From the NCBI GenBank assembly GCA_963720545.1, contig OY970399.1:4000001-4064000 (forward strand): a stretch of DNA of 64,000 nucleotides. Reading direction: 5' to 3'. The stretch's first letter is position 1. Every line of letters begins with the position of its first letter. A program made the translations under genes and the position numbers. Shown here in pieces: positions 26,786-39,913 of this stretch. The notes under the pieces were generated by a model. It did no database searches. It saw nothing but the letters and a program-made list of their open reading frames with translations, and was not told the DNA's origin. Source of the DNA: an uncultured Acidobacteriota bacterium (GTDB taxonomy: Bacteria > Acidobacteriota > Vicinamibacteria > Fen-336).

Positions 26786-28239
26786 CGCGGAGGCGCTTGA
26801 GAAGACACGCCGGACTCGCAGCGGCGGCAGCCGCACTCCTCGCGTGCTCGGGCTGCCCGGGCAGCGGCAGGCAGCCGGCCGCGGAACAGAGCGCAAAGGC
26901 ACAGCCGCGCGGCGGCAGCGCCTTCAATGTCCTGCTCATCACCATCGACACCCTGCGCGCCGACCATCTCGGTGCCTACGGCTACGGCCGCGCCACGAGC
27001 CCGGCGATCGACGCCCTGGCCGCACGCGGCACGCTGTTCGAGAACGCTTTCACGCACTGGCCGAAGACCCGCGGCAGCCTCGCGATCATGCTCACCGGCC
27101 GGCGCCCTTCGCAAAACGGCTACAGCAAGAGTCATCCCGGCGTCGCCGGCTTCAACGCCACGATCGCGAGCATCCTGGCCGCGGCCGGCTACGATACAGC
27201 GGCCGTCGTGGACAACCCGAACGTCGCGCGCGAACACGGCTACGCCAAGGGTTTCGCGAACTACACGCAGACCTGGGACGACGCTGCGCTCACCAGCGAG
27301 TGGGCGCGCACCCGCGCCATCACCGACGGCGCGCTGCGCTACCTGCAATCCCCGCGCGAGCGGCCTTTCTTCCTCTGGCTGCACTACGTGAACCCGCATG
27401 CTCCGTACACCCCGCCGTCGCCGTTCAACAGCCGCTTCGCGGATGCGGCCGCCGCCGCCGGTCCGGCGCTGCCGGTGGTCGCGAGTTTCCACGGCGGCAT
27501 CCCGCGCCAGTGGGCACAGCCGGGCCAGAACCGGCTCGGCTACTACGTGGCGCAGTACGACGGCGAAATTGCTGCGGTCGATTCGGAGATCGGCCGGCTG
27601 CTCGCGGCGCTGCACGCTTCGGGCGGCGAGGCGCACACGGTGGTGCTGCTCACGTCCGACCATGGCGAGAGCCTTGGCGAGCACGGCTACTACTTCGACC
27701 ACGGCGAGGACCTGTTCCAGCCCTCGCTGCGCATCCCGCTGATCGTCGCCGGGCCGGGCGTGCCCGCCGCGCAGCGCTCGCAGGCGTTCGTCTCGACGCT
27801 CGACGTCATGCCGACGCTGCTCGACGCGGTCAAGGTGTCGTATCCGCCCGAACTCGGCGGGCAGAGTGCGCTGCCGTGGGTCGCGAGCCTGGCCGGTGCG
27901 CGCACCCGGCTCTTCGCCGGCAACGACCGCAACCTGAGCGCCACCTGGACCGCCGCGCACAAGCTGGTCCTGACTCCCGGCGACGCACGCCCGGCGTTTG
28001 CCCTCTACGACCTCGTGCGCGACCCCGCAGAAGGGCGCGACCTTGCGAGTTCGCGCAACCCGGGCACCGCCGGGACCCTGCGCGCCGAACGCCGCGAGCT
28101 CGAGCTGTTCCTCGAGCGCACGGGCCGCGAGTGGAGCCGCACGCGGCCGCAGCTGGGTGCGAAGAGCAACGTCAAGCTGGGCCCCGAAGCCTGCGAAAAG
28201 CTGCGCGCGCTCGGCTACGTCGTTGCCGAGTGTGAGTGA
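26782..28239 (+). CDS. Sulfatase-like hydrolase/transferase (alkaline phosphatase superfamily), probable lipoprotein
   Basis: NVLLITIDTLRADHL, PFFLWLHY, YDGEI, SDHGE, C-terminal LRALGYV; N-terminal LLAC. Confidence 0.85.
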   Translation: MTRRRLRRHAGLAAAAAALLACSGCPGSGRQPAAEQSAKAQPRGGSAFNVLLITIDTLRADHLGAYGYGRATSPAIDALAARGTLFENAFTHWPKTRGSLAIMLTGRRPSQNGYSKSHPGVAGFNATIASILAAAGYDTAAVVDNPNVAREHGYAKGFANYTQTWDDAALTSEWARTRAITDGALRYLQSPRERPFFLWLHYVNPHAPYTPPSPFNSRFADAAAAAGPALPVVASFHGGIPRQWAQPGQNRLGYYVAQYDGEIAAVDSEIGRLLAALHASGGEAHTVVLLTSDHGESLGEHGYYFDHGEDLFQPSLRIPLIVAGPGVPAAQRSQAFVSTLDVMPTLLDAVKVSYPPELGGQSALPWVASLAGARTRLFAGNDRNLSATWTAAHKLVLTPGDARPAFALYDLVRDPAEGRDLASSRNPGTAGTLRAERRELELFLERTGREWSRTRPQLGAKSNVKLGPEACEKLRALGYVVAECE

Positions 28240-28245
28240 CCGGGG

Positions 28246-29826
28246 CTACTTCACGCCCATGCAGGTGGCACAGACGTCGAGCAGCGTGCCCGCCAGCATG
28301 TCCTGGCGCCGCTCCTTGAGCACGTCGCTCTTCCATACGCGCTCGAGCGACTGGGCGAAGACGTTCGCGGTCTTGGTGCGCCCCTCGTAGTCGGTGCAGC
28401 AGGTCGTGACGTCGCCGTTCCACTGCACCACCAGCTGGTCGTAGGGCGCCGGGCAGTACGTGTCCTTCACCTCGTGAACCTCGTGCGCGCCCACCACGTT
28501 GCCCCACGAGTGGCAGCGCTTCCACACCAGGTGCACGCCGTCGAGCAGCGTGTAGCGGCTGCCGTTCTCGTCGGTGTCGAGGAATGAAGCACCGCGGATC
28601 CTGTCCCAGTCGTGTTGGCGCGGCGCTAGGCCGTAGCGCTTCTCGAGCTGCTGGCAGAACAGGATCCAGTCGGTGACGAAGTGCAGCGCCTGCTGGTCCT
28701 CGCTCACGATCTGGTAGCCGTCGAAGTGCTTGGTGTTCATGATGTCGATCTCGATGTTGGTGCGGCCGCCCAGCGCCACCTTGCGCTCGACGGCGAGGCG
28801 CACCTTGTCGCGATAGTCGTCGAACGCGATCTTCGGCGCCTTGCGGGTCTTGAACGAGGTGTCGTCCGGCGTCTGGTACGAAAGGATCATGTTGGTGAGG
28901 CCGGCCTGGTAGAGCGCGTCCACCCGCTCCTGGGTGATCAGGCCACAGTTGGTGTTGAGCTCGATCGGCACGCCCTGGCTCTCGGCGCGCGCCACGATCT
29001 CGGGCAGGTCGGGGTGCAGCATCGGCTCGCCCATCTGGTGGAGCTTCACCGGATAGATGGGCCCGAGCCAGCCGCGCTTCTGCGCGACCTCATCGATCAG
29101 GCGGAACACCTTCTGCTTCTTCATGAAGCCGCGCCGCCGGCCCATGATTTCGTCGGGGCACCAGGTGCACTTGAAGTTGCAGGCGTTGGTGATCTCGATG
29201 AACAGGTAGTTGATGGGGTAGAAGCGACCCGGCAGCTTCTTCAGCTCGGGGAGTGGCGCCGTCGCGGGAAACACCGCAAGGTCGGGATGCGGACCGGTGC
29301 CCGCGCGCAGCGACGCAACCAGCAGCTCCTGCCGGAACTCGAGGCGGAACGAGGCGCCGAGGTTCTGGGTGCGCGCGGCGTCGAAGTCGCGCAGCAGGAA
29401 GAGCGCCTTGCGAAACATCCGCAGCCCGGTGGCGTCGGGGTTGTAGAGCTGTTCGGCGCTCTTGTAGAGCCCGCCGAATTCCGCGCTCAGGTCCTGCGAG
29501 GCGTACTGCAGGCGGAATTCGCCGAAGCGCGCGCCAAAGTATTCGACCTCGACCCACAAGCCGCCGCCGCCCTGGTTTTCGAAGGCGCGCGCCAGCGCTT
29601 CGGCCGGCAGCACGAAGTAGACGTAGTGTGACTTGTCGTCGGGACCGAGGCATTGCCGGCCTTGGACCGCCGTCACTTGCCAGCAGCCGTCGCCGCCGCT
29701 CGGCACCGCGATGTCGCCTTGCGGCCCCTGCGGACCAACGGTGATGCTGAAGGCGCGCGGTGCCTGAGGCTCCACCAGCCGGCCGAGGGATCGCCGCAAA
29801 GCGCCAAGCGACAGGCGGCCGCTCAC
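28246..29826 (-). CDS. Radical SAM protein with SPASM/twitch domain and about 200 aa N-terminal extra domain
   Basis: EITNACNFKCTWC, MGEPMLHP, CPAPY...NGDVTTCC...CATC; GTG start overlaps the upstream stop. Confidence 0.88.
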   Translation of the reverse strand: MSGRLSLGALRRSLGRLVEPQAPRAFSITVGPQGPQGDIAVPSGGDGCWQVTAVQGRQCLGPDDKSHYVYFVLPAEALARAFENQGGGGLWVEVEYFGARFGEFRLQYASQDLSAEFGGLYKSAEQLYNPDATGLRMFRKALFLLRDFDAARTQNLGASFRLEFRQELLVASLRAGTGPHPDLAVFPATAPLPELKKLPGRFYPINYLFIEITNACNFKCTWCPDEIMGRRRGFMKKQKVFRLIDEVAQKRGWLGPIYPVKLHQMGEPMLHPDLPEIVARAESQGVPIELNTNCGLITQERVDALYQAGLTNMILSYQTPDDTSFKTRKAPKIAFDDYRDKVRLAVERKVALGGRTNIEIDIMNTKHFDGYQIVSEDQQALHFVTDWILFCQQLEKRYGLAPRQHDWDRIRGASFLDTDENGSRYTLLDGVHLVWKRCHSWGNVVGAHEVHEVKDTYCPAPYDQLVVQWNGDVTTCCTDYEGRTKTANVFAQSLERVWKSDVLKERRQDMLAGTLLDVCATCMGVK

Positions 29827-30785
29827 CAGCCCACCTCGGCGCCGACGCGCAGCGACGACGCGATGATGTCGCACCAACGGTCCATGCGGCTCCACTGCTC
29901 CTCTTCGGCCTCGCAGGTGAGGGAGTATCCCTTGCCCGCGGCCACTCGATAGTACCGCTTGATCCGCGATTCGGAGACTTGTGTTTCAGTGCGCATCAGG
30001 TCGGCCCAGCCGCCATTCCAGGCGGTGTGCGACAGGACCGGAAACGAGTCGCCGAGGGAGGCGCGCACCGAGTTGTAATACGCCTCGAGACTGCCGTCGC
30101 CTGGGCCTGGCTGAACGGCCAGGGTCAGGGAGGCGTGGCCGGTGTTGCCTTTCGCGTCGGCTGCGATCGCCGGGCTCTGCCACTGGCCGAGATAGCTGTC
30201 GCCGCGCGACAGGGTGCGCTGGCTGCGCCAGGAAGGCGGCACCCGCAGCGCGAAGGCAAAGGCGGCGTTCTTCACCTCCGGGTAAAGGACCGCGCGCTCC
30301 AGGGTGACGCTCGCGGCCATCGCTTCGAGCGTCGTGCGGTGGGTGTCGAAGGCGGCGCCAAGGCCCTGCGCATGGAAGCCGAAGATCCCGGGCGCCGGGC
30401 CATCGCCTGCGGACGCCGCGAGCAGCAGCAGGTGGCGGGTTCCGCCGGCCGTCTCGAAGCGGTAGCTGCGGCCGCGCAAACCCGGACGCTCGTCGCCGCG
30501 CGCGTCGAGCCCCGTGCCGCCGGCGCCGAAGGTCCGCGCGTACGCGTCGAGATCGGACGTGGGCGGCGCCACCAGCAACGTTGCCGAAACGGAAGCGGCA
30601 CCGGCACCGGCGTCGTCCGCGGCCGGCGTGAAAGTGCGGAACCAGACGCCGTCCTTCTCCTGCTGCTGCGAACGCCAGCCCGCCGGATACTGCATGCTCA
30701 ATGCGTGCGCGTTGCTGAAGTAGGTGATCATGGGCACGGCACCGCCGCCGCAGGCCGCGAAGGCGCAGAGGGCGGCGCCCAGCAC
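29823..30785 (-). CDS. Putative lipoprotein with two PsbP-like repeats (start uncertain)
   Basis: Lipobox FAAC; repeated segments SMQYPAGW / ALRVPPSW and ASVTL / SSLRV. Confidence 0.55.
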   Translation of the reverse strand: MLGAALCAFAACGGGAVPMITYFSNAHALSMQYPAGWRSQQQEKDGVWFRTFTPAADDAGAGAASVSATLLVAPPTSDLDAYARTFGAGGTGLDARGDERPGLRGRSYRFETAGGTRHLLLLAASAGDGPAPGIFGFHAQGLGAAFDTHRTTLEAMAASVTLERAVLYPEVKNAAFAFALRVPPSWRSQRTLSRGDSYLGQWQSPAIAADAKGNTGHASLTLAVQPGPGDGSLEAYYNSVRASLGDSFPVLSHTAWNGGWADLMRTETQVSESRIKRYYRVAAGKGYSLTCEAEEEQWSRMDRWCDIIASSLRVGAEVGW

Positions 30786-30804
30786 CAGCGCCGCAGCGAA
30801 GCGG

Positions 30805-32268
30805 CTACTCGAGCCGGTAATTGGGCGCTTCCTTGGTGATGATGACGTCGTGCACGTGGCTCTCCTTGAGCCCGGCCGACGAAATGCGGATGAAGCGGGC
30901 TTTCTCGCGCAGCTCTTTCATGGTGGCCGTGCCGCAGTAGCCCATGCCGGCACGGATGCCGCCGACGAGCTGTTGCACCATGCCCGAGAGCGGGCCCTTG
31001 TGCGGCACCATGCCCTCGATGCCTTCGGGCACCAGCTTGCCGGCGCTGCCCTCGAACTCCTGGAAGTAGCGGTCCTTCGAGCCTTCCTTCATCGCGCCGA
31101 TGCTGCCCATGCCGCGGTAGCTCTTGAACGAACGGCCCTGGCGCAGGATCAATTCGCCCGGGCTCTCATCGGTGCCGGCGAACAGCGACCCGATCATCAC
31201 CGACGACGCGCCGGCGGCCAGCGCCTTCACCACGTCGCCCGAAAACTTTATGCCGCCGTCGGCAATCACAGGAACGTCGCCCTTGGCGCAGGCGCGCGCC
31301 GCTTCGGCAACCGCGGTGATCTGCGGCATGCCGGCTCCGGAGACGACCCGCGTCGTGCAGATGGAGCCCGGGCCCATGCCGACCTTCACGGCAGAGACGC
31401 CCGCCGACACCAGCTCGGCGGCGCCTGCGAACGTGCCGACGTTGCCGGCGATGAGGTCGAGATCGGGGAAGCGCTTGCGGATGGCGGCGACCGTCTCGAG
31501 CACCTTGGTGGTGTGGCCGTGCGCCGTGTCCACCGCGATCACGTCGATCTTGGCGTCGACCAGCGCAGCCGTGCGGTCGAGGAAGTCGGCCGAGACGCCC
31601 ACCGCGGCGCCGACCCGCAGCCGGCCCAGGTCGTCCTTGCACGCGTTCGGGTACTTGATCTGCTTCTGGATGTCCTTGACCGTGATCAGGCCCTTGAGGT
31701 TGCCCTTTTTGTCCACCACCAGCAGCTTTTCCACCTTGTGGCGCTGCAGGATCTTCTTCGCCTGCTCGAGCGTGGTGCCGACCGGGACCGTGATGAGGTT
31801 GTCCTTCGTCATCAGGTCCGAAACCTTGAGCTGAGTGCGGGTCTCGAAGCGCACGTCGCGGTTCGTCAGGATGCCGACGAGCCTGGTGCCGTTCGTGACC
31901 GGCACGCCGCTGATGCGGTAGTTCGTCATCATCGCGAGCGCGTCGGCGACACGCGCGTCGGGGGAGATCGTGACCGGGTCGACGATCATCCCCGACTCGG
32001 AGCGCTTCACCTTGTCGACCTCGGCGGCCTGCGCCTCGACGGTCATGTTCTTGTGGATGAAGCCGATGCCGCCTTCCTGGGCGAGGGCGATGGCGAGCGG
32101 CGCCTCGCACACCGTATCCATTGCGGCGGCGACGATGGGGATGCTGAGCGTGATGCGCTTCGTCAGGCGGGTGGCGACGTCGACCTCGGACGGAAGGACT
32201 TCGGAACGCTGGGGTACCAGGAGGACGTCGTCGAAGGTGAGGGCCTCGGGAAGGTCCTTCTCAAGCAT
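30805..32268 (-). CDS. guaB: IMP dehydrogenase
   Basis: [13 protein letters not shown] pair, [29 protein letters not shown]. Confidence 0.98.
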   Translation of the reverse strand: MLEKDLPEALTFDDVLLVPQRSEVLPSEVDVATRLTKRITLSIPIVAAAMDTVCEAPLAIALAQEGGIGFIHKNMTVEAQAAEVDKVKRSESGMIVDPVTISPDARVADALAMMTNYRISGVPVTNGTRLVGILTNRDVRFETRTQLKVSDLMTKDNLITVPVGTTLEQAKKILQRHKVEKLLVVDKKGNLKGLITVKDIQKQIKYPNACKDDLGRLRVGAAVGVSADFLDRTAALVDAKIDVIAVDTAHGHTTKVLETVAAIRKRFPDLDLIAGNVGTFAGAAELVSAGVSAVKVGMGPGSICTTRVVSGAGMPQITAVAEAARACAKGDVPVIADGGIKFSGDVVKALAAGASSVMIGSLFAGTDESPGELILRQGRSFKSYRGMGSIGAMKEGSKDRYFQEFEGSAGKLVPEGIEGMVPHKGPLSGMVQQLVGGIRAGMGYCGTATMKELREKARFIRISSAGLKESHVHDVIITKEAPNYRLE

Positions 32269-32274
32269 TCGTGG

Positions 32275-35445
<3,171 letters not shown>

Positions 35446-35568
35446 GGCCTCCGAAGGCCGCCGCGGATGGAAAAAGGCTTACGTCTTTGTGTCGGGCTTG
35501 GAACGACAGATTAACAGACGCGCGCAGGCCGGGCTAACGCCGGCGCTGGTGCGGAGGGCGGCTTTGCG

Positions 35569-36453
35569 CTAACCCAGCGAGCGGCTGTGCTCGATGATGT
35601 AGTTCATCGGGTTCCTGGCCTGGTCGCGCACCCAGACCTCGTAGTGCAGGTGCGGACCGGTGGAGCGCCCGGTGTTGCCCACGTAGCCGATGGTGTCGCC
35701 GCGATTCACCTTCTGGCCGGCCCGCACCGCGATGCTGCTGAGGTGGCCGTATTGGGTGACCGTGCCGTAGCCGTGGTTGATGACGATGGCGTTGCCGTAC
35801 GCGGCCTTGGGCCCGGTGAAGATCACCGTGCCGTCGGCCGGCGCCGTGATGGGCGTGCCCGTCTGGGTCGCGATGTCGATGCCGGGATGGAAGTCGGGCT
35901 GGCCGGTGAAGGGATCGAGGCGGTTGCCGAACGAGGTGGACAGGTAACCGCGCACCGGCCAGGTGCTCGGCGTCGACGCCAGCATGATCTTCTGGTCGGT
36001 GAGGAAGGTCTCGAGACGGGCCGAGCGCCGCTTGAGGTCGCTGACTTCCTGGTCTATGCCCTGGATGTAGCTCTTCAGGTCGGGCGCCAGCGAGTCGTGG
36101 GAAGTGGCGCCGCCGACGCCCGCGGGCGCGTTCTGCTCCACCTCGACCCCGGCCATGACGCCCAGCTTGGTGACCGTCGTCTGCAACTGCGAGAGCTGCG
36201 CCTTCAGTCCTTCGGTGAGTTTCTGGTACTCACTGGTGCGCGTCGCGAGGCTCTGGTTCTCGGCGCGCAGCTGTCGCATCTCGCGGGCCTGGAAATTCAT
36301 GTAGACGTAGTGCGCGAACAGGCCGAAGAGGACCGCGCCGCAAACGCCGCCGAGGAGGCGCGCGCGCCGGACCAGGCCCACTGGAATCTGGAACTTGCGA
36401 AATTGAGCCTTGGCGTGCGGAACGACGATGAGGGTATAGAACTCGTTTGCCAT
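35569..36453 (-). CDS. M23-family metallopeptidase with N-terminal TM and coiled coil
   Basis: HPGIDI, YGHL, GNTGRSTGPHLHYEV. Confidence 0.92.
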   Translation of the reverse strand: MANEFYTLIVVPHAKAQFRKFQIPVGLVRRARLLGGVCGAVLFGLFAHYVYMNFQAREMRQLRAENQSLATRTSEYQKLTEGLKAQLSQLQTTVTKLGVMAGVEVEQNAPAGVGGATSHDSLAPDLKSYIQGIDQEVSDLKRRSARLETFLTDQKIMLASTPSTWPVRGYLSTSFGNRLDPFTGQPDFHPGIDIATQTGTPITAPADGTVIFTGPKAAYGNAIVINHGYGTVTQYGHLSSIAVRAGQKVNRGDTIGYVGNTGRSTGPHLHYEVWVRDQARNPMNYIIEHSRSLG

Positions 36454-36509
36454 GGTCCCCTTTGCGACGCAGCGCGAAACTTCTGTGGCGGCCCATGGCC
36501 CACCGCGCC

Positions 36510-38114
36510 CTACGCCTGTAAATTCTTGAAAGGGAAGGCTACCACGCTGATTTTTGGCGGGTCAACCACGTTGTTGTCAAAACGATATGTATCACACTTG
36601 CCCACTGTGTCTTCGGGGCCACAGCGAAACTGAAGCGCTTCGAGGATGTGTTCGCCGAGCACCGCGTCCGAACCCGCGAGGTCGGCGATGGTGAGCGCGA
36701 CGCGCAGCATTCGGTCGTGGGCGCGGGCCGACAGGTCGTGCTTGCCAACTGCACGGTCGCGCACGCCACGCGCTTCGGCAGAGAGAAACGAGGGCGCGCG
36801 CAAGAGCTCGCCTTCCACACGCGCGTTCACCGAGGTGCCGCGCACCTCGGCGCGCGCCGCCTGGCGCAGCCGCGCCTCCTGGACGCGGCTTGCAACCGAA
36901 CCGGTCGCCTCGCCGCGCGGTCCGCACAGCTCGTCGTGGGACACCGCGCGCATCTCGGCCCAGAGGTCGATGCGGTCGAGGAGGGGACCCGAGAGCCGGC
37001 GCGCGTAACCGTTGACCTCCTTCGGCGTGCAGCTGCAGCCCTGGCCGTCGCTGCCGCGCAGCCCGCACGGACAGGGGTTCATCGCACCGACGAGCTGGAA
37101 GCTCGCCGGCAAGGTGAGCCGCCCGCGCACCCTGGAGATGGTGACGAAGCCGTCTTCCATGGGCTGGCGCAGGCTCTCGAGCGCACGCCTGCCGAACTCG
37201 GGCATCTCGTCGAGGAACAGCACGCCGTTGTGCGCGAGGCTCACCTCGCCGGGCCGCGGCAGCGAACCGCCGCCGACCAGCGACATTTCGCTGGCCGTGT
37301 GGTGCGGGCTGCGAAACGGCCGCGCTTCGAGCACGCCGCTCATGGGAATGCCGCCCGCCGAATGGATGGCAGTGGCTTCGACCGCTTCGTCTTCGCTGAG
37401 GCGCGGCAGGATCCCCGGCAGGCGCCGCGCGAGCATCGACTTGCCGGTGCCGGGAGGGCCGGTGAGCAGGATGTTGTGCCCGCCGGCGGCGGCGATCTCG
37501 ATGGCGCGCCGCGCGAGCGCCTGGCCGCGCACGTCGGCAAGGTCGGCCGGCGCGGCGATCGTCCGTGGCAGCCGGGCCACCGGCGGGGGATCGGGTCGCG
37601 GCGAAGCGGCGACCCAGTCGGCGGCGGCAAGCAGCGAACCCGCCGCGAACACGCGCGCCGACGACACGATGGCGGCCTCGCCGGCATTGGCAACCGGCAC
37701 CACGACGTCGCGAATGCCGGCGGCACGCGCGGCCAGCACCATAGGCAGCACTGCGGGCACCGGCCGCAGCTCACCGTCGAGCCCGAGTTCGCCGACGAGC
37801 AGGACGTCGGCGAGGTTCGCGAGCGGCAGCGTGCCGTCGGCACTGAGCAGCCCCAGCGCTATCGCGAGGTCGAACGACGAACCGACCTTGCGCAGGTCGG
37901 CGGGCGCGAGGCTGACGGTGATGCGGCGGTCCCAGCGAAACGGCAGCCCGCAGTTGCGGATGGCGGTGCGGATGCGCCCGGCGCTCTCGCGCACCGACGA
38001 ATCGGGAAGCCCGATGACGGTGAGCTGCGGAAAGCCGGTGGCGGTGTCGGCCTCGACGCGCACGATGCGCGCCTCGACACCGACGAGCGCCGCGGTGAGC
38101 GAAACAGCCAGCAT
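36510..38114 (-). CDS. comM: ComM/YifB Mg-chelatase-like AAA+ ATPase
   Basis: IGLPDSSVRES, GPPGTGKS, PFRSPHH, PGEVSLAHNGVLFLDE, AMNPCPCG, SGPLLDRID. Confidence 0.93.
   Translation of the reverse strand: MLAVSLTAALVGVEARIVRVEADTATGFPQLTVIGLPDSSVRESAGRIRTAIRNCGLPFRWDRRITVSLAPADLRKVGSSFDLAIALGLLSADGTLPLANLADVLLVGELGLDGELRPVPAVLPMVLAARAAGIRDVVVPVANAGEAAIVSSARVFAAGSLLAAADWVAASPRPDPPPVARLPRTIAAPADLADVRGQALARRAIEIAAAGGHNILLTGPPGTGKSMLARRLPGILPRLSEDEAVEATAIHSAGGIPMSGVLEARPFRSPHHTASEMSLVGGGSLPRPGEVSLAHNGVLFLDEMPEFGRRALESLRQPMEDGFVTISRVRGRLTLPASFQLVGAMNPCPCGLRGSDGQGCSCTPKEVNGYARRLSGPLLDRIDLWAEMRAVSHDELCGPRGEATGSVASRVQEARLRQAARAEVRGTSVNARVEGELLRAPSFLSAEARGVRDRAVGKHDLSARAHDRMLRVALTIADLAGSDAVLGEHILEALQFRCGPEDTVGKCDTYRFDNNVVDPPKISVVAFPFKNLQA
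36536..36565 (-). promoter_or_regulatory. Putative sigma-70 promoter for M23-secA-guaB, embedded in the comM 3' end
   Basis: Minus strand TTGACC-18 bp-TAGCCT with extended TGn, in a locally AT-rich patch. Confidence 0.4.
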
Positions 38115-38214
38115 GAGGTTCTCCCCCCGGGAACGAGACAAGACGTGAGCCGGGGGAGAGCCGGCCGCGAGAGTGCAGTGTGCCCCAGCCCGCAGCCGGG
38201 CGAGGTCCGAAAGG

Positions 38215-39864
38215 CTAGCGGGGGTAGATGGTGAGGAGCGTTCCCGCTGCGATGCGGGTGCCCTTGATGTTGTTCCAGTCCTTGATGCGGGCGACGCTGG
38301 TGCCGTACTGCGAGGCGATGCTCGTGAGCGTGTCGCCAGGCTTGATGCGGTAGCGGACCGCGCGGCCCTCGTCCGAAGCATTCGCCGCCGAAGCAGACGC
38401 GGTCGAGGTACGGCGCGAAGTGGGCACCGCGCGCGCCACGCGGGTGGTGCCGGGAATGACGAGGTCGGTGCCGGCGCGCAGGCGCGTGCGGCTCGAGATG
38501 CCGTTGGCGGCCGCCAGCTCGCGCGTCGAGGTGCCGTAGCGGCGCGCGATGCTTGCGAGCGTCTGGCCGCGGGTCACCTCGTGGGTGCGCAGCTGCACGC
38601 GCCGGTGGCTGGGCGCCGAGGCGATGCAGTCGCCGACGGCGGAAGTGGTGCCCGCCGGCACGCGCACGTCGTAGGTGCGGCTGGACGGCGTCAGCATCCG
38701 GCGCAGTTCCGGGTTGAGCCCGCGCACCGTGTCGAGGTCGCTGTCGGCGCAGTCGGCGATGAAGCGCAGCTCGTACGAGCCGTCCACCGACACCGTCTCG
38801 AAAGCCGGCAGCGGCTGCGGTTCGAAGTTGAAGCCGTAGCGCTCGGGCGACTTGCCGATGAGGATGGCGGCCTGGATGAGCGGCACGTAGTTGCGGGTCT
38901 CGGAACGCAGCGCACGGCCGCTGGTAAGCGACCAGTAGTCGCTGGTGCCGGTCTTCGCCATTGCCCGCAGCACGCGGCCCTCACCGGCGTTGTAGCCCGC
39001 GAGCGCCAGGTTCCAGTCGCCGAAGATGCCGTAGAGAGTCTTCAGGTACTTCGCCGCCGCCTCGGTCGCCTTGAACGGGTCGCTGCGCTCGTCCACCCAG
39101 TAGTCCTGCTTCAGGCCGTACATCCGCCCGGTGCCGGCGATGAACTGCCAGACGCCCTTCGCCTTGGCGCGCGACAGGGCGCTCGGGTGGAAGGCGCTCT
39201 CGACGAGCGCCACGTACGCGAGGTCCTGCGGAATGCCGTTCTCCCGGAACACCGACTGGATGTGCGGGATGTAGGGTGCGCCGCGGGTGAGGGCGGCCTG
39301 CATCCACTCCTTGAGCCGTCCCTGGTAAAGGCCGATGCTGGCGTAGACGCGCTCGTTGAGCTGCACGGGGAAGTCTGAGGGGGTATCGGCCAGTTCATCC
39401 TGGGCCGCACGGCGCGTCGCCTCGTCGGTGCCGCCCTCGGGCAGGGGCATCTGGCCCACTTCGTCGATGGCGGCCGGCTCGGTGCCCTCTTCCTGGGCGC
39501 TGTCGTTGTCGGCCACGGCCACTTCCTGCTCGTGGATGGCCTCGACGGTGCGGCGGAACGATTCGGCGAGGCGCTGGTCGCTGAGGGCGCCGCCGGGGAA
39601 GGCGAGATAAAGGTCGGTCGCAGCGTCGAACTCGGACCGGGCCTCTTCCATCTGGCCCTCTTTCGACAGGTCCATGCCGTTCGCGAGGTGGCGGTCGGCC
39701 TCCGCGATGAGGGCTTCGATGCGGCTGGCGGCGGCGACGGCGGGCGCGGGCGCCTTGGGCGCGGTGGGGCTCGTCCTGGCGAGCTTTTGCGACCCCCCGC
39801 AGCCGGCCAGGAGAATCGCGACGGCTACTGCGGTTCCCCTTACCGCCATCTTGTTCATTTGCAT
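38215..39864 (-). CDS. MltD-like lytic transglycosylase lipoprotein with LysM domains
   Basis: Lipobox LAGC; LVESAF, AKGVWQFI, ALAGYNAGEG, ETRNYVP; C-terminal LysM repeats. Confidence 0.92.
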   Translation of the reverse strand: MQMNKMAVRGTAVAVAILLAGCGGSQKLARTSPTAPKAPAPAVAAASRIEALIAEADRHLANGMDLSKEGQMEEARSEFDAATDLYLAFPGGALSDQRLAESFRRTVEAIHEQEVAVADNDSAQEEGTEPAAIDEVGQMPLPEGGTDEATRRAAQDELADTPSDFPVQLNERVYASIGLYQGRLKEWMQAALTRGAPYIPHIQSVFRENGIPQDLAYVALVESAFHPSALSRAKAKGVWQFIAGTGRMYGLKQDYWVDERSDPFKATEAAAKYLKTLYGIFGDWNLALAGYNAGEGRVLRAMAKTGTSDYWSLTSGRALRSETRNYVPLIQAAILIGKSPERYGFNFEPQPLPAFETVSVDGSYELRFIADCADSDLDTVRGLNPELRRMLTPSSRTYDVRVPAGTTSAVGDCIASAPSHRRVQLRTHEVTRGQTLASIARRYGTSTRELAAANGISSRTRLRAGTDLVIPGTTRVARAVPTSRRTSTASASAANASDEGRAVRYRIKPGDTLTSIASQYGTSVARIKDWNNIKGTRIAAGTLLTIYPR

Positions 39865-39913
39865 GTAGTTACGCCCTCCGCTGCAACGAATGGTGAACTA
39901 TATCACAGCGAAA

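Noticed and set aside
28239..28246. Switch in predominant gene strand as a replication terminus
   Set aside because: I recognised no dif-like site, and skew cannot be computed by eye; a simple convergent operon junction explains it.
26782..29826. Sulfatase plus anaerobic sulfatase maturase pair
   Set aside because: The genes are convergent, the sulfatase-like protein has no C/S-x-P-x-R substrate motif, and the radical SAM protein has only a short twitch-type Cys set.
36510..38114. Mobile element inserted in comM (a known integration hotspot)
   Set aside because: comM is uninterrupted, with no integrase or att-like repeats visible.
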